DNA from: Polymyxa betae A26-41 | Lineage: Eukaryota > Protista > Endomyxa: Phytomyxea | Length of the DNA stretch: 64,000 bases | NCBI GenBank assembly: GCA_003693705.1 | Contig: RBZT01000404.1 | Coordinates: forward strand, 1-64,000 | Direction of reading: 5' to 3' | Shown here: one piece after another, positions 1 to 12,745 of the stretch | Numbering within the stretch: position 1 is the stretch's first letter | Layout: every line of letters starts with the position of its first letter | Made by a program: the position numbers and the translations under genes | Notes under the pieces: generated by a model | What the model was told of the DNA's origin: nothing | Seen by the model: only the letters and a program-made list of their open reading frames with translations | Databases searched by the model: none

Positions 1-211
1 AAAACCCTACTAAAAATATGCAATTCTCTCCATATCATACCCGCGTCAATTCCAACCCGATTCCAGCAAACGAACATGATCCGGAACCGGCTCGACGAGC
101 CTGAAAACATTGAGCAATCACACGACCGCCAACTCCAACAGCAATCAGGACCGAGAGCCACGACACGGCTCCTGCCAAAATGGGCCAGTACGACCATACA
201 CCAAACACGAC

Positions 212-361
212 CAGCCCACCATCATACCCTCTATCACCTCTCAGTAACATTACATCAAATGATCTGATCGCAGCCCATCATCATACCCTCTATCACCTCT
301 CAGTAACATTACATCAAATGATCTGATCGCAGCCCATCATCATACCCTCTATCACCTCTCT
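212..361. repeat. 59-bp tandem repeat, ~2.5 copies
   Basis: Unit cagcccatcatcataccctctatcacctctcagtaacattacatcaaatgatctgatcg starts at 212 (one mismatch), 271 and 330 (partial). Confidence 0.95.
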
Positions 362-2140
362 GTAGCAGTGACCTAGATTCTGGATTTCTATCTTTAAAAG
401 GAGGTATTATAGTAATTATACATTACCTCTACAATTGTCTCAATAGAAAACACAGCGCCTAAACGCAGAGATTCAGATACAGATACAGTACAACTTCTTA
501 GTTAGAGGTTTTGTGACGGTTGAACCTTGTTGAACTGAAATCAGGTTTTTTTGGTCCTTTTCAGATTCAGAACAGAATCAATTGTCGCTTTCGGATTCCC
601 AATTGAGAATCAGATACGTTTTATTAGCGGTCGCTACTTATATGTTTCATATCCCATGATCAAGCAATACAATTGATTTGAATTTTATGTTTGCAGGGAA
701 CCAAGACCTAGACGCTAGAGATCTCACGAACCGATCAACGACGCCACAGCGTTAGTTCGTTAGATTCCCAATTCGAGAATGTTGCAAATACTGAGTATGA
801 TTGAAATCTTATGTAGAGATGAAGTTGATCCGACTCCAGCTCTGGAATAAACGTGAAATAAAGGTCTGATAATATGAATATAGAGATCTAGTTTATTATA
901 TATCAAGATGCACTAGGTACATTTACCCATCATTTGTACCATGGTGGAATGTTGCCTTCAAATCAGCCTGATCATTGCATTGTGCTGATCGACGGTCGTC
1001 TTCACGCTTGTCTAGTTGCAACGGTTTGCCCTGAAGCTGGAGTTTCCGCTCGTTCATACCATCAGAATCTACAAGTGCCTTTTTGATTGCACTAACAAGC
1101 CATGTCTAACTTGTCGAGTTTTGCTTGACGGTTCTCATTCTCTACACCTTCTCTGTCTTCTGTTCCTTTGATCACCAAGCTGCCGATGATTTTGCCACAA
1201 TTCTTAATGCCCTTGGTCTTAGCCTGTTCTTCATCGTTGGCGCATTTAAAGACACTGATTCAGTCGTCCTTTCAGCATTCGATATCGGTAAGAAGCTGTG
1301 TGCTCACGTTCATGGATCTCTTCAGTTGCAGAAGATTTCCTTACCGAATCCAGTTCATTCACATCAAATGTTTAGCAAGAGCTCAAACCTTGTTTTAAAA
1401 GCAGGTCATTTTTTGTTTTCTCTAAACAATAGGGAGCGTGGGTTTGATTAGCAGGCATCTAACGAAGTTTGCATCATTCTCGTGATGAACTTAAATACTG
1501 GACCTGAATCTGAATCTCGATATTGAATTCGGTTATTGATTTTTGGCTGCTACTTTGTCTCAAAGATGCAACGTATTGTCCAATTTTCGGCATTTTGGTT
1601 TTGAACCTCTGTAGTTGAATTCCTTTCATACGAAAATACCAACGACAATATTATCCTTACTGATCCCGATTTAGCAGACGATGTAAAGCTTTCACAATCA
1701 GTTCACAATTTTATGGAAAGCATCATACTATATACAAAAGTCACATCAGAACTTGATGCCGGTTAAGCGATTGGAGTATTAAGTAATTGGCTGCAGGTTA
1801 ACGTGCATATTGTAGAATGTTGAGTTAGACAGAAATGTCAATTGCTGGATGATTGCACTGTTATTTTCATATGAGCTAAACCCAAGATCATTGACATGTT
1901 TAAGTTGATTGATTTTAGACTTTCAGTTCCTGTATGGATATTCGATGAAGATCTCGAAGAGACTACCACAGAATACAGATCTCAATACGAATGATATCCT
2001 GCATATATGAATGAACATATCAGTAATGTTTTATTGTACGATATCATACAGCATATTCCTAAAAGATCGTATCATCTACCAATCCATTACGTATGTTATG
2101 GCGATATCCATAACAAAATATTCAATATTTAAAAATTTTA

Positions 2141-5100
2141 CTATCTATTGATTAATGAATTTCTTGATGTGGTTCCAATTTGATTTGCAGACTGCAATGA
2201 TGCCAATCTAGCAGATGCGATTATATCCATACTCAGATTTGGAATACCATTGCGTGAACTTGATCGGGGACCATTGACAAGATCAAGGGATAAGTCAGGT
2301 AAGTTAATTGGCGAAGTTGATGAAGACAGTGATGACCTCTTTTGAAGTTTCTTTAGGAACACTTTTAATTTCGGTGCTGGCCCTGGTGTTATACTGGCTG
2401 TAGCAGGAAATGTATTGGAGATATTGATAGAATGACGTGATTTAGGTTCAGGTATGATAGGATTGACAACTGCTAATGTAGGAGGTGACTTCTTAGTTGT
2501 ATGTAGTTGATTGGATCTTGTTGATATATTGTTAGTATTAGTATGTACTATAGGATTAGATATAGATGCAATGGGTGATGATGATTCAATCCTGCTGCTA
2601 CCTACATCAACATCATCCATTAATTTACTTCTCTTCATTCGTTCCCATCGCTGCCTCCACCACTGCAACATCTTCTCCATTTTGCTATCAAACATACCTC
2701 ATTCGGACTGAATCAATACATTACGAAATCGTTATACCTGATACGCTTCTTAAGCTCTTGATCAGCAAGCGACGAATCGCTGATAAGACCGGCAACCTTC
2801 TCTCCCTCGTTTTCCAAAGAACTGGCAATCTGATCACAAAGATCCTGATTCTCACGTAGCAAACCCGCCTTCTCTTTACGTAATCTGACATTGTCAGCCC
2901 GTAAATCAATGAGAACTTGAGGCGCTCTCTCCCCTCGTATTTGAGCCTGTAGATCTGCAACTGTATCTTGCAGCGATGTATTCAATGACTCCAATTCCTC
3001 CACCTGCTTCCATGTAGCTTCTAACTCCTTTTCACGCTCGTCTAGAACTCGTCGTAGTTTTTTAACCTCAGCTGGAGTAACTGATATTGAGGATGACGAT
3101 AACGATGATGATGCCACAGCAGTTGCCATCCGTTTACGTCGAAGAGCGCTAGCAGCTGCTGCCCAACCCATGAGGGGTTTTAAGCCATCAGAGGGACACA
3201 AAACATCTCCATTAATTGTTGATCTCAGATCATTATTATCATCAATCTTGTGATTCTCAGCACCCAGAGACAAACGATCGTCAATATTATCATTATCCTG
3301 AGGTATATCGCTGGAAATCCTGTCATCGATTCGAGTTTGATTGTTGATATAACAAGCAGCCGAATCTACATCAGTTGAGACCGTTTTAGCGATGATGTCA
3401 GAAACTGGATTCTGAGCAATCGCAATCGAAGGCTCTGAGAACCCACTCCTTTCAATTGTCATCTGGTCATCGATCATTGAATTTGTTTTAGAAAGATCTT
3501 GTACGATTGGTGACATAACATTTGAATTGAAAGTCTGGACATTGTCTTTATCGATGACGATCCCATTGGCAACTTCTGATTTAACTGATGATGAAGGTGA
3601 AACATCGCTTTTAGGTTCCTCACTGGTGCTTGATTGTGATAAATACGTTTGTGGCGGTAGGGATTGAGCAGCTTTTATAGATCGATTCAGAGCTGAATTT
3701 GAGAACTGTGGATTCGATATATTGGATGATTGCACAGTTGCAGACTGAACCCGTTCTAATACATTATTGAGTAGAAGTATCCTGCACATAGCTATAAAGT
3801 ATCTCCCCAGTAAACGTCGATATCGGTCTATATCGATTTGATTGTTAGATGAATGAACAGCTATCAGCTGATTATCAGCATAACGATGCTCGTGTTTATG
3901 CTCACTAAGGGGACTTGATAAGGGCGATGATGTCGAATTCATGAACACTTCAGGCAGCATTGTGCGATTGTCCAGATTTGAATTGGTCAATTGTTGAACA
4001 TTACCGAGCTTTTGACCAATGGAGCTTGTAATAGAAGTATTACTGGATGATGATGTTATCTTTCCATTAGAAGCCTTCTGTTCCTGTTCATTTATATGAT
4101 GTAATCTAGGAGATGATTCTGACAATAAGCTTGTAGTCTGCTTCGGCATGTTCTCAGTGATCTTGTCCTTCGTTAAACCGCCAATATCATTAACCGAGCT
4201 ACGATCGATGGAAGATATTCCGCTTTCAATTCGACTGGTAGAAGGTGATTGTAGAATATTTCCATGATTAATAGGAGATTGAGCAGATTCAATGACATCC
4301 TTTCTATTGGAAGATTTTACCCCAAGTCCAATATGATATTTAATTGGATCTGTCTGAACACATTTATCTTGATAAGTTATCCCAACTTCATCACTGTCCA
4401 TTGGCAACGAATTCTTCATAGTGTTGATCGCAGGAACTGAATCGTTCTGTTTAGCAGTTAACCTTTGAGTTTTAAGATCATTGGAATTGTCAGAAGGAGG
4501 TCTCAGTATTGACTCAGATTTTGTAACAATCGAAGACATTGGTGACTGCCTCCCTGATGAGGAAGATATCTCTGTAAAGCTTGAAGTTGATAGATTAGGT
4601 GTGTTAGTAAAACCCGATTTCAAATGATATGGATGTTCGGAAGGCGATTCAGATCCAGATTTGTTCAGTAAAAGATTGTTTTGTGGTGTGGCTTGTTCAT
4701 TAACGGGCTTCATTATGGCATCCTATAAACAAATCATCCAAATAAGATGGATTTAAGAGTGCAGCAGACAACGGATTTACGATTTGGAATTGCTGGATTC
4801 CAAGTGAGCTTTTGCCATTAACTAGCTGTTGCAGCAGCTGTTCAAGATGGGCTCGCTGCCGTTTCTCTTTGTCTAAATCCGATCGCATAATGTCTAAAGC
4901 TGTTAGAGAGTCATTCAGCCTCATTCGCAAATCGTGTTCTTTTTCCTCTTCAATATCCTGATCAGCACTGTTCTGTTCTTGGGCGTTGTTTTCCATAGTC
5001 TTTGACATGGATTCAACTAGAATGGATTCACCTGATAGCTGTCTGCGAATAGCCATCTTTAAATGACGAATAGTGTTTTCCAAACGGTCAATCTGTTCAT

Positions 5101-6752
5101 TGGCTTTTGATAGCTCACTCTACTAAATATTTAGTTGAATAATTGTCAGATTATTATACACATACTTCATGAATCTTATGTGATTCTTCTAAAGACTTTA
5201 CGTACGATATCAACCGGCGACCTCGATCTGATGTTGACTCTGGTTCAGTTATTGGATTTGGTTTCTCAACAGGAGGTAAAGCATTTAGCTCCCGGAGGCG
5301 GCGTTCGAGTTCATGAATGCGTTGTTCATTGTAAGCATTAACAATCTCAGCACAAAGCAATGCATTTTCCGAATTTGCACCATCCTGAATGTCACCTTTT
5401 ATGGCCGTTATAAATACTGATTGTCGAGCTTGATCTAATCTAGCCAGACGCAATGCTTTCAAGTGTCGGCTGAGAAGTTTCTTCTTCAGCAGCTGTTGAT
5501 GACTGAGATATTCCAATAAATCCTGACGACTTATTGATATATTATTCTCTGAATCAGCAGTTGATAACTCCCTGTTACCATTCTCGTTAGCAATAAAAAC
5601 GACGATATCCAGAAACTGACATCATTGATAAACGTTTTTCTTCAGTTTTCTCTTTCTCCTTCGAGCGCTCAACGATACCTCCCATTTGGTCACGAAGCCC
5701 AGCAGCAAATTCAGCAGACTTCTGTATGTCTTGAAGAGCGTTGACAATGTTGGAACGCAACATGTAAAAATCGTATTCGCTTACTGCCAGTTGATGTTCA
5801 GATTGATCTACATATTGGTCATTGAGGAATGCAATCGTCCCGTTAAGTCGAGTAATCAGTGCCCGAATCACAGTAAAGAAGTGTTGCCTCTTTGAGTTCA
5901 AAGCTTCCCACGTCTGTTTTCGTGTCATTTCTGATATTGCCAGCATGGTATCGGCATCATGTCCAAATGTTTCTTCGAAAAATGAAGAAAGAAACTCATT
6001 CAAACGAGATGGGTATGTTGCGGCTTCTTGGAATACTGAAGTCGAATTGTTTGGCACTCCCAATTCTTCTGTAGATAACGCCCTGACTTCTGGTAATTCG
6101 ATATCATTTGATTGATCATCAGTAATGTGGCTTCTAACAGCATTCACAGCATCAAGCTCCTTCTCTGATATTGTTTCTCGTTCCCCTTCATGCTCTATGG
6201 TAAGCGGAACCTTAAAGCTGGTTCGTCGAATGCTGGAAGCTCTTTTTCTGAGCAGACGCGACCTTCCCTGAGACGAATCTTGACGTCTACGAGCATATTT
6301 TGTTCTGCGGTTGAGATCTAAAGATACATCGACATTCAAATCTCTGGCCTCTACTTTCTGATCTGGTTCCAAATTAGAATTAGTAAATGCAGCCTTTTGG
6401 GAGAAATTTGGAGCCTTGGTTCGGCCAGGTTGAAGCTCTGTTAATAAAGCGAAATCATTAACAGATGAATTATCTGTCTGCAATGACGAGATTAGAGCAA
6501 CTGCCTTGCTATGGGTGCGTTCAAGATCTTCAAACACAGACGGTAATTTCTTTAGATAATCGTTATCGATACCACCTGTAGTTGACAGCCTTTGGAGCAT
6601 TTGTTCATGGTGTTTGTGCCCCTGATCTTCTCCATCGACCAATCCCATAAAAACAAAGATACGAATTCAATGCCGACCAAATAACAAATCCTAAAAATAT
6701 CTGGTTGTTGTAGTGATCTCGAACACTGATCTTCGATAACAGAGTTCTGCAT
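2141..6752 (-). CDS. Large multi-exon Ser-rich/coiled-coil protein of unknown function (~1400 aa)
   Basis: ORFs 5587-6648, 5154-5516, 4700-5083, 2713-4713 and 2141-2695 join in frame through short GT-AG introns (e.g. 4723-4780 gives QQFQI|DAIMKP). Heptad segments such as EVKKLRRVLDEREKELE. The start is uncertain. Confidence 0.75.
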
Positions 6753-7661
6753 TATCTAGGTATGTATATAAGTCCTAATATTAATAAATCCAAATCACTA
6801 AACGAGCAATCATAGAGGTTGTGTGATTCATGTGTGATTGGGTACTGTAAAGTGTAAATCGCCAATAAGTGACGCACCGGGGCGTTGCGCACAAAATCCT
6901 GCAGCGTAATTTCGAGTGTTTATACAGTGGAGCTGTGTGATAAGAGTCTGTCTAATAAGCCCTGAACTTTGAATTGTGGACCAAATCTTGAATTAAGATT
7001 AGACCCTGGACCATCATTTGGGGGTTTCCCACAGTCACATTAGGGGCCCGCGAGAATCGTCGCTTTTCCTGATTCTTACGGGAGAACCGAATATCATGGG
7101 AGAATCACGGAGTTAATTTTGCGTGACAAATTCGTCGCGTTTATTCCCCCCCCCCCCTCCCCCTCGTCATGGAAAAAGCCATTTTCTCTGTATCTGCATA
7201 ACAGCTCGTTAAAAAGGAATGAGGACGCCTGCCCCCCAGACGCGTACGCCTGCACGCTGCCCTTCTGCTAAGACACCGCAAAGTTCTACGACCCCTAATG
7301 CAGATGTCGGTAACGATAAATCCGTTCTAGCAAGCTAGAATGAATTTCTTGCAATGGTTTCTTGCATCGAAATACTTGAAAACTTTGACTTGTTGGAGGG
7401 AAAAGCGGCCATTCATTATTTCAACTTTGATATCCCCTCCCGGAGAATCGTTTCTTAACGAAACTTTGATACTGTACCCCCTACTATTATCTATTCATGT
7501 CAGATAAGACCGAAAACGCCAAAACGTGGGTTAGGACCCTGAACCCTGATCAACATTACCATACTCTTATTACCCAGAATTACTGTATTTGGCGTATGGA
7601 ATCCCGCATGCGTTTAGGGGTCAAATTTTTCTAGTATTCTCTCTGTCTCAATGGCTCGCAC

Positions 7662-8010
7662 TTGTGTTCGAACGAAAACAAGCGACTCTGCGTGGCCTGG
7701 GCCAGGATCCCATTAAGGGCAATAACAAAAAAAAGAGAAGGTTCGTGGAACAATATCGCCAACGTCTTTGATGATACTGTTCAGCCCGAGCAAGAGGGCT
7801 ACCGCAATGCTGAGCAGTTGTACAATCGGTTCCGGGTTCGTCAATCACAACTTTGAAACGACCTGATTGCATGGATATTAGAACTTTTATTTGAAAACTT
7901 CCAATCTCGCACGACAGATACCCAACCCGCTGGGAAAAAACCCCAACGCGTTTATTCAATGCGTGAGAGTTCGAAGTCAGCAGGAATTGTGCGAATTGTA
8001 TAAATCACGC
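7662..8010 (+). pseudogene. Frameshifted relic of a PIF/Harbinger-type Myb/SANT-like accessory protein
   Basis: Switching frames gives ENKRLCVAW / QDPIKGNN / SWNNIANVF...RNAEQLYNRF...NPLG...ELY. This matches the EDxxLxxAW-xDPxxGxxQK-FWxxI-RxxxxLxxR pattern of Harbinger Myb-like proteins. No transposase or TIRs were identified. Confidence 0.55.
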
Positions 8011-9338
8011 ATGAGAATCCCGCTGAGTGTAAGCCTACGTACGCCCTACGGGCTACGGTGGGTAGGCAACACTCTGGGAAAACTGCGCACGGCATAGAAT
8101 TTGCAGAATGAGGTTCCGTCGCTGAAGAGAGCACTGTCCTCAAAGGATTCGTCGCAAATAGGAGAGGCTTTCCTTGCATCTCCGACTGAGATGAAGGCGA
8201 AGATTCTGAATGACGAGAACTCACACAACTGTCACAAATATATTCTGCTGTCGAACTCGTCGGCACGTTCGTATGTCAAGGCCATGCTACACCATCAACT
8301 AATCATCCAGGCCCGTACGAAGTCGTATCCATGACGGGTCGTCTACGGTAATGATCAACGAAAACGCAAGCTGGTTGTTTGCTGCTGTATAGTCGAACAC
8401 AGACGATTTGCCTACTTTTCTTAGAGGACCAGTATCATTTGCGCTTTCTTTTCCTTGAGGTTTTCCTGATAACTTGATCCTTCATAAAAAAATAATGTAA
8501 TTTATCTGTTACTGTACTCCCATCAATGAATCTCTTCGCGCTCTGCACCATTCTGAAATTCAAGCTGGCGAGCAGAATTCGAGGTATTGATCGGCCGGAT
8601 TTGCACACTTCGAACTTGCGTTCGCAGGATCGGTTCATGCATTTCATGCTCGATCGAGCAGTTGTATAGACAAGGGACCCAGCGCAACCGGCGGTTCGGC
8701 CGACGGCCGGTTGTCGGCCTCCATATATGCGACCGGCAAATGAATGCTGATACAGAGGTGGAACGAGAAGATCTATGAACGCAGACCCTACGTTCCAAAA
8801 ATAACTTCCGATATCTCTATTCACCAAGATTTCTTATTCCAAATAATCGCGGTCGCACTCTGGACCGACCGGTTGAGGATCTGGGCGGAATCACGCTCCT
8901 TTTAATTTGACATTCACTGCTCTAAAAATGGATCCGAAGCGCTCTAAGCTCTTCCCAAGTGCAGAATCTCTCGTAATCTTCTAGCAATTCGGACTGATCC
9001 ATAATAAATGAATCATAATCTTCATTTTACAAGGAGGGACTTCGCCCGATCCATGACCCTAATCCGAACCATTAGTCTGAATAGCACCAACTATTGGATT
9101 GTGCTGTTTATTGTAAATACGCGATAACACGGCTCCATTCCAAATTACGTAATCAAGGAGGATTGTTATGTGAATCCAGAGCGGTCAAAACCCAATGTTA
9201 GAGCGCTGCGCGCCAAATTACAAGCACATCGCCATTTTCCTCGTCAATCCTCGAGGGTTGGCTCTTGGCACGGGGTAGGCCATATTGCCGCTACTTTTGA
9301 CCTGATAAATGATGTGACATGTAACAATAAATACGGGA

Positions 9339-10274
9339 GTGTTGGCGCAGCCCTGGCTTCCCTCTTTGCTCTCTTTGTTTGGGACATGTCATGACGCCAT
9401 GACTTCGCCTCCGGCTCCATCGTTTATAGATCCATTCTATATTCCGCCATCACAAGAAATTCTTGCATCACAACCGTATAGTTCGCCAGCAATACCAGGA
9501 GCTAATAATGGTTTTTCCAAAATATCAATATCTTCGAAGAATCATCATCGCCCTCTTGATCGCGTGTCAACTCTAGACCAGTCTGATGTGGAATGGAGTA
9601 AACCCCTTCTTAACTGCACAGAAGACATAATATTCGATAACCAAACAACCCAAGCCACGTCTACTGATGCTGATGACTCAAATACGCCAAGTAATGATTT
9701 AGGGTCATGCCCATCTCTCGAATGCGGGATCGAAGAATACTTTTCAATTTTGCATGCCCCGTTGGGACCCAATTTAGAGGCACTAGAGAATCCTCCATCC
9801 CCTAAAGTTTATTCAGCTGGATTCCCAGAATCATTGTCTTTACTGTCGAACCTTGATTCTCAAGATGATACAGTACACAGAAAACATGGTTTCAGTCAAA
9901 ACATAAAATCAAGTGGACAGAATATCCCAAGCCCCCATTCAGCAAGCCTGTATCCGTTCGATGATGATCAATCAACATCTGACACATCAAGTCTAGTTTT
10001 TGAGTTCCTCTCGCGAGGGCTACGAAACGACTATGATGATGTCAGTCAGGTGTTTGATTTCGCTGACAACAAAGACTCTTCAAAGAAGATCAGGTGTCCG
10101 TTGTTTCCAGCCATGAAGCTTCATTGGTGCCAGACTACTCAGCCCAATTCTCCCACAGCACCTTCTGCATCTACAGGCGGTTTTATTCCCAAAATCAGAC
10201 ATTTTAAGAGAAAAAACAGGCTTTTTAAAAAGTCTTTTAATTATAAACAAACTGTTCTAGAGCAGTTTCATTGA
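9339..10274 (+). CDS. Hypothetical Ser/Pro/Asp-rich protein (likely ATG at 9399)
   Basis: 311-aa uninterrupted ORF with low complexity, a basic C-terminal tract (RHFKRKNRLFKK) and no recognisable domain. Confidence 0.45.
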   Translation: MLAQPWLPSLLSLFGTCHDAMTSPPAPSFIDPFYIPPSQEILASQPYSSPAIPGANNGFSKISISSKNHHRPLDRVSTLDQSDVEWSKPLLNCTEDIIFDNQTTQATSTDADDSNTPSNDLGSCPSLECGIEEYFSILHAPLGPNLEALENPPSPKVYSAGFPESLSLLSNLDSQDDTVHRKHGFSQNIKSSGQNIPSPHSASLYPFDDDQSTSDTSSLVFEFLSRGLRNDYDDVSQVFDFADNKDSSKKIRCPLFPAMKLHWCQTTQPNSPTAPSASTGGFIPKIRHFKRKNRLFKKSFNYKQTVLEQFH

Positions 10275-10489
10275 GGAATGAGATTTATTATTTAAGTTCC
10301 AGATATTTGTTTCGCATCTTTATAAAACTGCGAAATTCCTGACTCCTGCACCGGAAGCTTCAGAAACTGCGACACTGACGCAGTTTCTGAACTGATCTGT
10401 TTCTTGACATCCACACTTGCCAGAACTCGACCGATTCGTATTCTGATACTTTCATTCCTAAACGATATCGCCATCAGTCATCAGGCTTA

Positions 10490-12662
10490 ATGACCAGTGA
10501 ACGACCGCCGGGGGTCCCACCGCCTCCTAATGCCAAAACCTTGGCCAGGAGCAGTAATCGTCGGAAAGGCCCCCGTCCCTATAATCTGCCCAGCATGAAG
10601 AAGAGCAATATTAGCGATTCTAACCATGTGGAAGTGATTCCATCTGGCACTACTGGTTGGGCTAAGACTCCAAAACCATCACAATCAGAAGACTCTGCGG
10701 TTTCGAATACCTGGACTGTCCCTCCTCGAGTGGCTGCAGGTAAGCCTTGTCCTCTGACCATGTGGTTTCATATTAAACTTCTATTTAGACAGGAAATTAT
10801 CAGCTTTGAAAACTGTTGAATCCAGGACAAATGAAGTTACAAAAGGACTCGATCCGAAGCCAACGCCAGCGAAGGTGCCAGAGCCTGTGCCTTCGACATC
10901 TTCGGTGATTGAGAATCCATTCGGTGTTGACATCAATGTGACATCGTGGGCTCGCGAGGTGTCTCCACCGCCTCCTGCGAAACGAGCGTGGAGCGATGCT
11001 AGCCCTATGGATTTCTCTAAGCCCGTCGTATTCGACCAGACTCCTGTTGTACCAGCCGTTAAACATGCTGGCCCACTGCTTGATAATGCATGGAGACCAG
11101 CTGTTGTTAGGAAGCCAACTGTCTCTAGCATTTTGAAGAAACCGGAATCTGAAAAACAGCTCCAGAGACTTGATTCTGAAAAACAGCCCCAGAGACCTGA
11201 TTCGGTGTCGTCAGCGACTCTAAATGATGTTGCTCAGGTTGAATCAGTCATACCTGGAGACCAACAGATACCAGCTACAGTTGTTGATGAAGCTGTTCAG
11301 ACTATGACAATGAAGCAGAAGGCTATGGAGGCCATGAAAAGACGCCAGGAAGAAGAAAGGCTCCGAGAGGAAGGGAAAAAGGCTCGATTAGCGGAGAAAC
11401 TGGCAGCATTAGAAAAAAAGAAACCTGCAGCTGCAAAACCATCGATAACATTGGCAACTATCAGTGTCATGCAACGACCTAAAAGCGCTGATGAAATGCC
11501 TGCAGCTGTTGCCGATTCGAAGTCTAGCGAACCTACTCAAAGCAATGCTGTCAAAAATTCAACGGCCGAAACAGAACCTAATTTCACGAACGTTCCTGAA
11601 CCTGCCGTCGCTGAAAATGTCCATTCTGAGAAGGGCCAGGCTGCTTTTGCCTGTACCCAGAACCATCCCGAAAATGCTCGTCGTATTTCTGATGCTCGTG
11701 AACATCTTTCCGAAACTCAGAAACACTCTTCTGATTTCAGGAAAAATCGCTCTTCTGACATGCAGGATCGTTCAGAAGATCAAAAACCGTCACGCTCAGG
11801 TCGTAATCAGCGTCGTCAGGTTCATCGACGTCATCAAGACGTACCGGGATCTAGGTCATCTAGCAACGTTTGGCATCGAAGGTCAAATAGTCGAAGCGTT
11901 GATCAAGATGATGGGCAACGTTTGTTAGAAAAAGAGACAAACGAAGGCGAGAAAATGGAACCTGCGCCTGGGCTTGATTTTCCCAGCGGTGCAATTACAG
12001 ACAGGGATGTCTCCAGAAGAGATGACAAGTCTAAGAGAGCACCTAAGATTATGGCCAGGAACCAGCCAAAACCGCCCGTGTCGCCACCGTCTACAGAAAC
12101 CGCTCCTGCTCAATCTACGGTTCCTGTCGTCACGTCTTCCAAACTTAAATCTAAGCCGATGTACAATCATCGTAAATGGCGTGCCAAGGAGCCAGTCTCA
12201 CCTTCATTACCATCACCACCGCCATCATCATCATCGCCCGTTGTTGAACAGAAGAACGACGTTGTCAATGAGAAGAAGCCGACGCCAACACTCCATCACC
12301 AGCACGGCCCTCGGCAATGGAAATCGAGGACATCTGATATTAACCAATCAAGACAATCCGATAGTTTTCCATCGTCTTCGGAAAATCAGAAGAACCTGCA
12401 CAGACGAAAGCGCTTCGGTCCCGTGTTTGAGAATTCTCCAGTGGTTGGCAGTCAAGCTGGGTCATTGATGTGGTCGGCGGCTGCACCTGTAGTTGCCACA
12501 ACACCTTCACCATTGCCTCCTCCCAGGTCATGGTCGACACCCAAGTCCAATAGCCACAACGCCGAACTCTTGAACCAGCAGCAGAGCCGAGCGAAAGGTT
12601 CACCGAGCGCAGCTCTTGCTAAACGGGCTCTAGCCGAGACGTTAGCATCACGATCGAGTTGA
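10490..12662 (+). CDS. PRRC2/BAT2-like (MOS1-like) protein with BAT2_N motif
   Basis: N-terminal RRKGPRPYNLPSMKKSN...VEVIPSGTTGWAK resembles BAT2_N (PxNLPSLK...LVPxxGTGW). It also has the PRRC2-like coiled coil AMKRRQEEERLREEGKKARLAEKLAALE and one intron near 10740-10790. Confidence 0.7.
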
Positions 12663-12745
12663 TAACGATGTCTTATTATGTATACAGTATAGATAGCATC
12701 TCTAAACATTGTAAACACGCCTCTGTATTCTGCAAATAAACTTCT

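Noticed and set aside
1-16. aaaaccctactaaaaa resembling a telomeric CCCTAAAA unit
   Set aside because: A single imperfect unit with no array.
212-361. CRISPR array
   Set aside because: Repeats are contiguous without unique spacers, the context is eukaryotic and there are no cas genes.
1125-1451. Short plus-strand ORFs of 108 aa and 76 aa
   Set aside because: Non-ATG starts and no recognisable motifs. The region may be decayed coding sequence but cannot be assigned.
4700-4780. Apparent frameshift/overlap between the 127-aa and 666-aa ORFs
   Set aside because: Explained by a canonical GT-AG intron at 4723-4780.
7952-8827. Overlapping short ORFs as a Harbinger transposase
   Set aside because: No DDE transposase motifs were recognisable in the frames I read.
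11464-12718. Alternative-frame and antisense ORFs inside the PRRC2-like gene
   Set aside because: Shadows of a low-complexity coding region.
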